DNA from: a virus
Virus record (IMG/VR): IMGVR_UViG_3300042013_000056
Coordinates: 32,001-96,000 of that record
DNA length: 64,000 nt
Reading direction: 5' to 3' (one strand)
This document shows, in pieces, positions 61,200 through 64,000 of this stretch (position 1 is the first letter of the stretch; every line of letters begins with the position of its first letter). The position numbers and the translations under genes were made by a program. The notes below the pieces were generated by a model. The model saw nothing but the letters and a program-made list of their open reading frames with translations, was not told where the DNA came from and made no database searches.

Positions 61200-61989
61200 C
61201 GTAATAACTCCTGTCCAGAAAGGCGACATCTTCCCCGGCGTAACCGTATGGGTTACAGATAACGTTCGTACAACCAATGATATAATCGCTTGGTGAGTGA
61301 ATATGACCATGCAACCAATGGGTAATCTGTGGGTGACAGTGAATGAACTGATCCAAGTCACTGTGGTAGCCGTGGTTTCCGTCGATATCCCAAGCAAAAT
61401 TTGGATCAATGCTTTGATAGCTAGGTGCGTGGTGCGTAACCACAATACACGGTTCATCAGAGGCTTCGACGGTTTCTGCGATGTAAGATAAATCGGCTTT
61501 GTGTTCCATTAACCAGTGATGTGGTTTGTATCTTTGATAGTTCTGTCTGATCGGATGGAAATATGTGATGGCTTTGAAATCGTTCATTTTTTGACCAAGG
61601 TGAAATTCCACCAATGGGCATTGACGATTCATGTTCGTCCATAGCGTAGCACCGACGAATCGGACACCATCAATCACAACAGAATCACGAATCAGGAAAT
61701 GAATGTTGGATAACCCTTCCGGGTTCATGTCTTGGAACTTCTTTCTTGCGGCAACTGGATCAATCCGGTAACCGTAATACTCATGGTTCCCCGGAACATA
61801 CACAACAGCTTTGAATCGTTTTGCCATGGATGTCAACGCATCAGCCGTTTTAGCAGCACGCTTGAGCATAGTGAAATCACCGGCAATGACCAGAACGCGT
61901 TCACTATCGCCACCCAGATACGGCAAGGTATATTGGGCGGCTTCGTGATAAAACTCATTGTGTACATCGGATATTAACCGAAATTCCAT
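61192..61989 (-). CDS. Calcineurin-like metallophosphoesterase
   Basis: SDVH, AGDF, PGNHEYY, GATLWT, THHAPS, HGHIH, NP.GY. Confidence 0.9.
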   Translation of the reverse strand: MEFRLISDVHNEFYHEAAQYTLPYLGGDSERVLVIAGDFTMLKRAAKTADALTSMAKRFKAVVYVPGNHEYYGYRIDPVAARKKFQDMNPEGLSNIHFLIRDSVVIDGVRFVGATLWTNMNRQCPLVEFHLGQKMNDFKAITYFHPIRQNYQRYKPHHWLMEHKADLSYIAETVEASDEPCIVVTHHAPSYQSIDPNFAWDIDGNHGYHSDLDQFIHCHPQITHWLHGHIHSPSDYIIGCTNVICNPYGYAGEDVAFLDRSYYDA

Positions 61990-62243
61990 TACTCTTTCAG
62001 CTTTTTGGACATTTTTACCGCTCGCTCATACAGATCACTTGCAGCATCTGCCAGTTTATCACGGTCCATTGGAGTTACATCAATCGAACGATTGTGTTTG
62101 GCTGCAATGAAATACGACAACATGAACTGACGCTTTTCAAGATTTGCAGTTGCAGTTGCAGTTGCAGTTGCAGTTGCAGTTTCAACCGGAAGTTCACCCA
62201 AGTTAGTTTGTGGCGGCTTATAAGGATGTGGGTTATGCGACAT
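61989..62243 (-). CDS. Hypothetical protein with Thr-Ala repeat
   Basis: GAGGA RBS; own promoter TTTAAT-N17-TATGAT. Confidence 0.62.
   Translation of the reverse strand: MSHNPHPYKPPQTNLGELPVETATATATATATANLEKRQFMLSYFIAAKHNRSIDVTPMDRDKLADAASDLYERAVKMSKKLKE
62144..62179. repeat. Hexanucleotide microsatellite (TTGCAG) x6
   Basis: Read directly; in-frame TA repeat. Confidence 0.92.
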
Positions 62244-62299
62244 TTGAAAATCCTCTTAGATAGATCAATATCATATCACGTTTGATATGTATATTAAAC

Positions 62300-62325
62300 A
62301 AAAAAGGACGCCGAAGCGTCCTTTT
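62300..62325. terminator. Terminator (UUCG loop on minus strand)
   Basis: Minus strand AAAAGGACGC-UUCG-GCGUCC-UUUUUUU. Confidence 0.85.
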
Positions 62326-62337
62326 CATTTGTATCAA

Positions 62338-63786
62338 TTACGCAACTTTGATGTCGTCGAAAGTCCATTCAGTCTGGAAATCGCCGTCTTCCCAGACGGT
62401 GTACATCTGGTCAACGATCTTGTGATTGGTCAGTTGCAGTTCTTCACGGTCAGAGAAGAATTTACCTTCTGCGTCCTTGTAGGTAACCACACGACCTTTC
62501 TTGGAACGTTTCACCGAGTCGGTGTCCGGGTCTTTGAACAGATCACGCCAGATGCCGTCTACACACAGTGCAGAAGCTTTCATTGCGAACTTGAACCAGT
62601 CACGGTCGCAGTGTTGCAGCAAAGCACCACCCATACCGAACACGATGTTATCGGCAGAGTACATCAGTGCGAACATATTGGCGTAGATACCACGAATACT
62701 TGCTTCGTTGATACCGTCGCCTTGCAGAACGCGGATGCAGCTTGGCAGAACCTTGTAACCTTTGCTGTTGACGGTGTAACCGAAACCTTCCATCAAAATA
62801 CCGATGATCTTGACCGGAATATCCAGAGGATTGCCTGAGTCTGGACGCACTACGAAAGTGCCACCAGAATTCATCACACGGGTTTTGATAGGATCGCTGG
62901 CAACCCAGCGGGCGAAACGTTCGATGCTGTAGGTATCACCCACACATGCAACGATACCGCCGTGTTTTTCCAGCAACTGAACGGCCATTTCCAGAGCGTC
63001 AGAGTCGTCGCGGTTGTCTGCATCGGAGTTTGCGCAAACAACAGAGTGTTCAGTCGCACGCACCGAGAACGCAGGCATTTGCCCTTTCTTCAAGCCGTAG
63101 TATTCTTTCAGTTCCACGATACCTTGAATGGTATCTGTGCCCATCCAACCGGCTGCAAGGTGGGCAGCACCGCCGATACGGGCGGATTCAACACTGGACA
63201 CGCCACGGAAGCCGAAATCATGCAGTTTGAAGCGACTTTCAGTTCCATCATCAACAGTCAAATCGAAAGCTTGTTGAACGACTTTACGGATGCTGTACGA
63301 AACAGAAGCCACGGTTGTTGGATACCAGACTTGCAGGAACAGCGGCTCGAAGTACGAAACCAGCCATGCGAAATCCGGGTGGGTGTTTTCTACGGTCATC
63401 ATGACGTTACCGGTTGGAACAATAGTTCCTTCCTTCAACGCACGGATACGCAGTGGCAGACGACCTTTGAACTTGGTAACGATTTGTTCCCAACCTTTAC
63501 GGTTGAAGATACCCGGCCCCATGTGCAGTTCAACCATTTCTTCGGCTTCGTCCACATCTTTCATGGTCAGACGACCGGAGAAGTGACGTTTCAGAATGGC
63601 TTGCAGGCCGATGAAAACTGTTTCGGTGTAGCCTTGATTTACACCACGAACCGCCCATTGATCAGAACCACGCGATTCCACGTAGGAATACAGGTAGTTC
63701 GCACCAGCCGGGAGCATTTCCCAGTGTGGAATCTTGTAGGAATCGGTTTTCAGAATCATGTTGTTTGGATTAAATGCAGCGCCCAT
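62338..63786 (-). CDS. nadV: Nicotinamide phosphoribosyltransferase (NAMPT)
   Basis: LKTDSYK..H, Y.ESRG, HDFGFRG, GTDT..G, ATEHS, V.DTY, VVRPDSG, QGDG, FGMGGALLQ, K.SKKG; start moved to ATG 63786. Confidence 0.95.
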   Translation of the reverse strand: MGAAFNPNNMILKTDSYKIPHWEMLPAGANYLYSYVESRGSDQWAVRGVNQGYTETVFIGLQAILKRHFSGRLTMKDVDEAEEMVELHMGPGIFNRKGWEQIVTKFKGRLPLRIRALKEGTIVPTGNVMMTVENTHPDFAWLVSYFEPLFLQVWYPTTVASVSYSIRKVVQQAFDLTVDDGTESRFKLHDFGFRGVSSVESARIGGAAHLAAGWMGTDTIQGIVELKEYYGLKKGQMPAFSVRATEHSVVCANSDADNRDDSDALEMAVQLLEKHGGIVACVGDTYSIERFARWVASDPIKTRVMNSGGTFVVRPDSGNPLDIPVKIIGILMEGFGYTVNSKGYKVLPSCIRVLQGDGINEASIRGIYANMFALMYSADNIVFGMGGALLQHCDRDWFKFAMKASALCVDGIWRDLFKDPDTDSVKRSKKGRVVTYKDAEGKFFSDREELQLTNHKIVDQMYTVWEDGDFQTEWTFDDIKVA

Positions 63787-63811
63787 CTTTTTGAACCCCT
63801 CAAAAATTGAA

Positions 63812-64000
63812 TTATTTGTCTTGTTTCGCAGCACGACCGATCATGGTCATGATGATATTGTGATGATCTTCGAAGAAATCAGTTGCCTTTTCAGGGGCCA
63901 TGATATCCGCGATAGGAACCCAGAACGCCTTGTCTGCATCATCGGAACCGTAAACCCGTGGCAAACTACCGTCATGATTTGTATCAATCTTGAAGGTGTG
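63812..64000 (-). CDS. C-terminal end of a Nudix hydrolase, likely a bifunctional NMNAT/ADP-ribose pyrophosphatase (partial)
   Basis: Hand-translated ...LPRVYGSDDADKAFWVPI...FFEDHHNII; abuts NAMPT; N-terminus outside window. Confidence 0.75.
   Translation of the reverse strand, partial: HTFKIDTNHDGSLPRVYGSDDADKAFWVPIADIMAPEKATDFFEDHHNIIMTMIGRAAKQDK

Noticed and set aside
1-64000. tRNA, rRNA, introns, homing endonucleases, transposases, known sponge proteins (Acb2, Tad1, Tad2)
   Set aside because: No cloverleaf/T-loop contexts or diagnostic motifs recognised by eye; a tRNAscan/HMM run would be needed to exclude them fully

Overview
The window is 64 kb of a large lytic tailed-phage genome. 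I saw no bacterial housekeeping genes, rRNA, tRNA or CRISPR array. The host is probably Pseudomonas-like, inferred only from the tailspike N-termini as I recall them. Almost all genes lie on the minus strand, except a 9.4-kb plus-strand island of five tailspike/depolymerase-related genes (37.5-46.9 kb). Layout: (i) 0-2.2 kb, macrodomain and hypothetical genes; (ii) 2.2-2.95 kb, a non-coding, repeat-rich, origin- or terminus-like segment; (iii) 3-5.2 kb, a tandem pair of T7 gp0.7-like protein kinases; (iv) 5.3-27.9 kb, an early/host-takeover array of about 60 mini-genes driven by about 35 related sigma70 promoters built on TATCAAAC palindromes. The array holds a 25-bp promoter palindrome whose core occurs in both orientations, a candidate sRNA, and paralogous winged-helix genes near each end; (v) 27.9-28.3 kb, a non-coding G-quadruplex/A-tract junction; (vi) 28.4-37.3 kb, small accessory genes (Lar-like, CYTH); (vii) the receptor-binding island with NATAAATA (T4-late-like) motifs; (viii) 47-64 kb, a nucleotide/NAD counter-defence neighbourhood: two MazG-like genes, a 2OG-Fe(II) oxygenase, HAD, glutaredoxin, PnuC-like protein, a second kinase pair, HD hydrolase, SLOG, NADAR, SPFH, metallophosphoesterase, NAMPT and a Nudix C-terminus. 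All family calls come from motifs read by eye, not from database searches.
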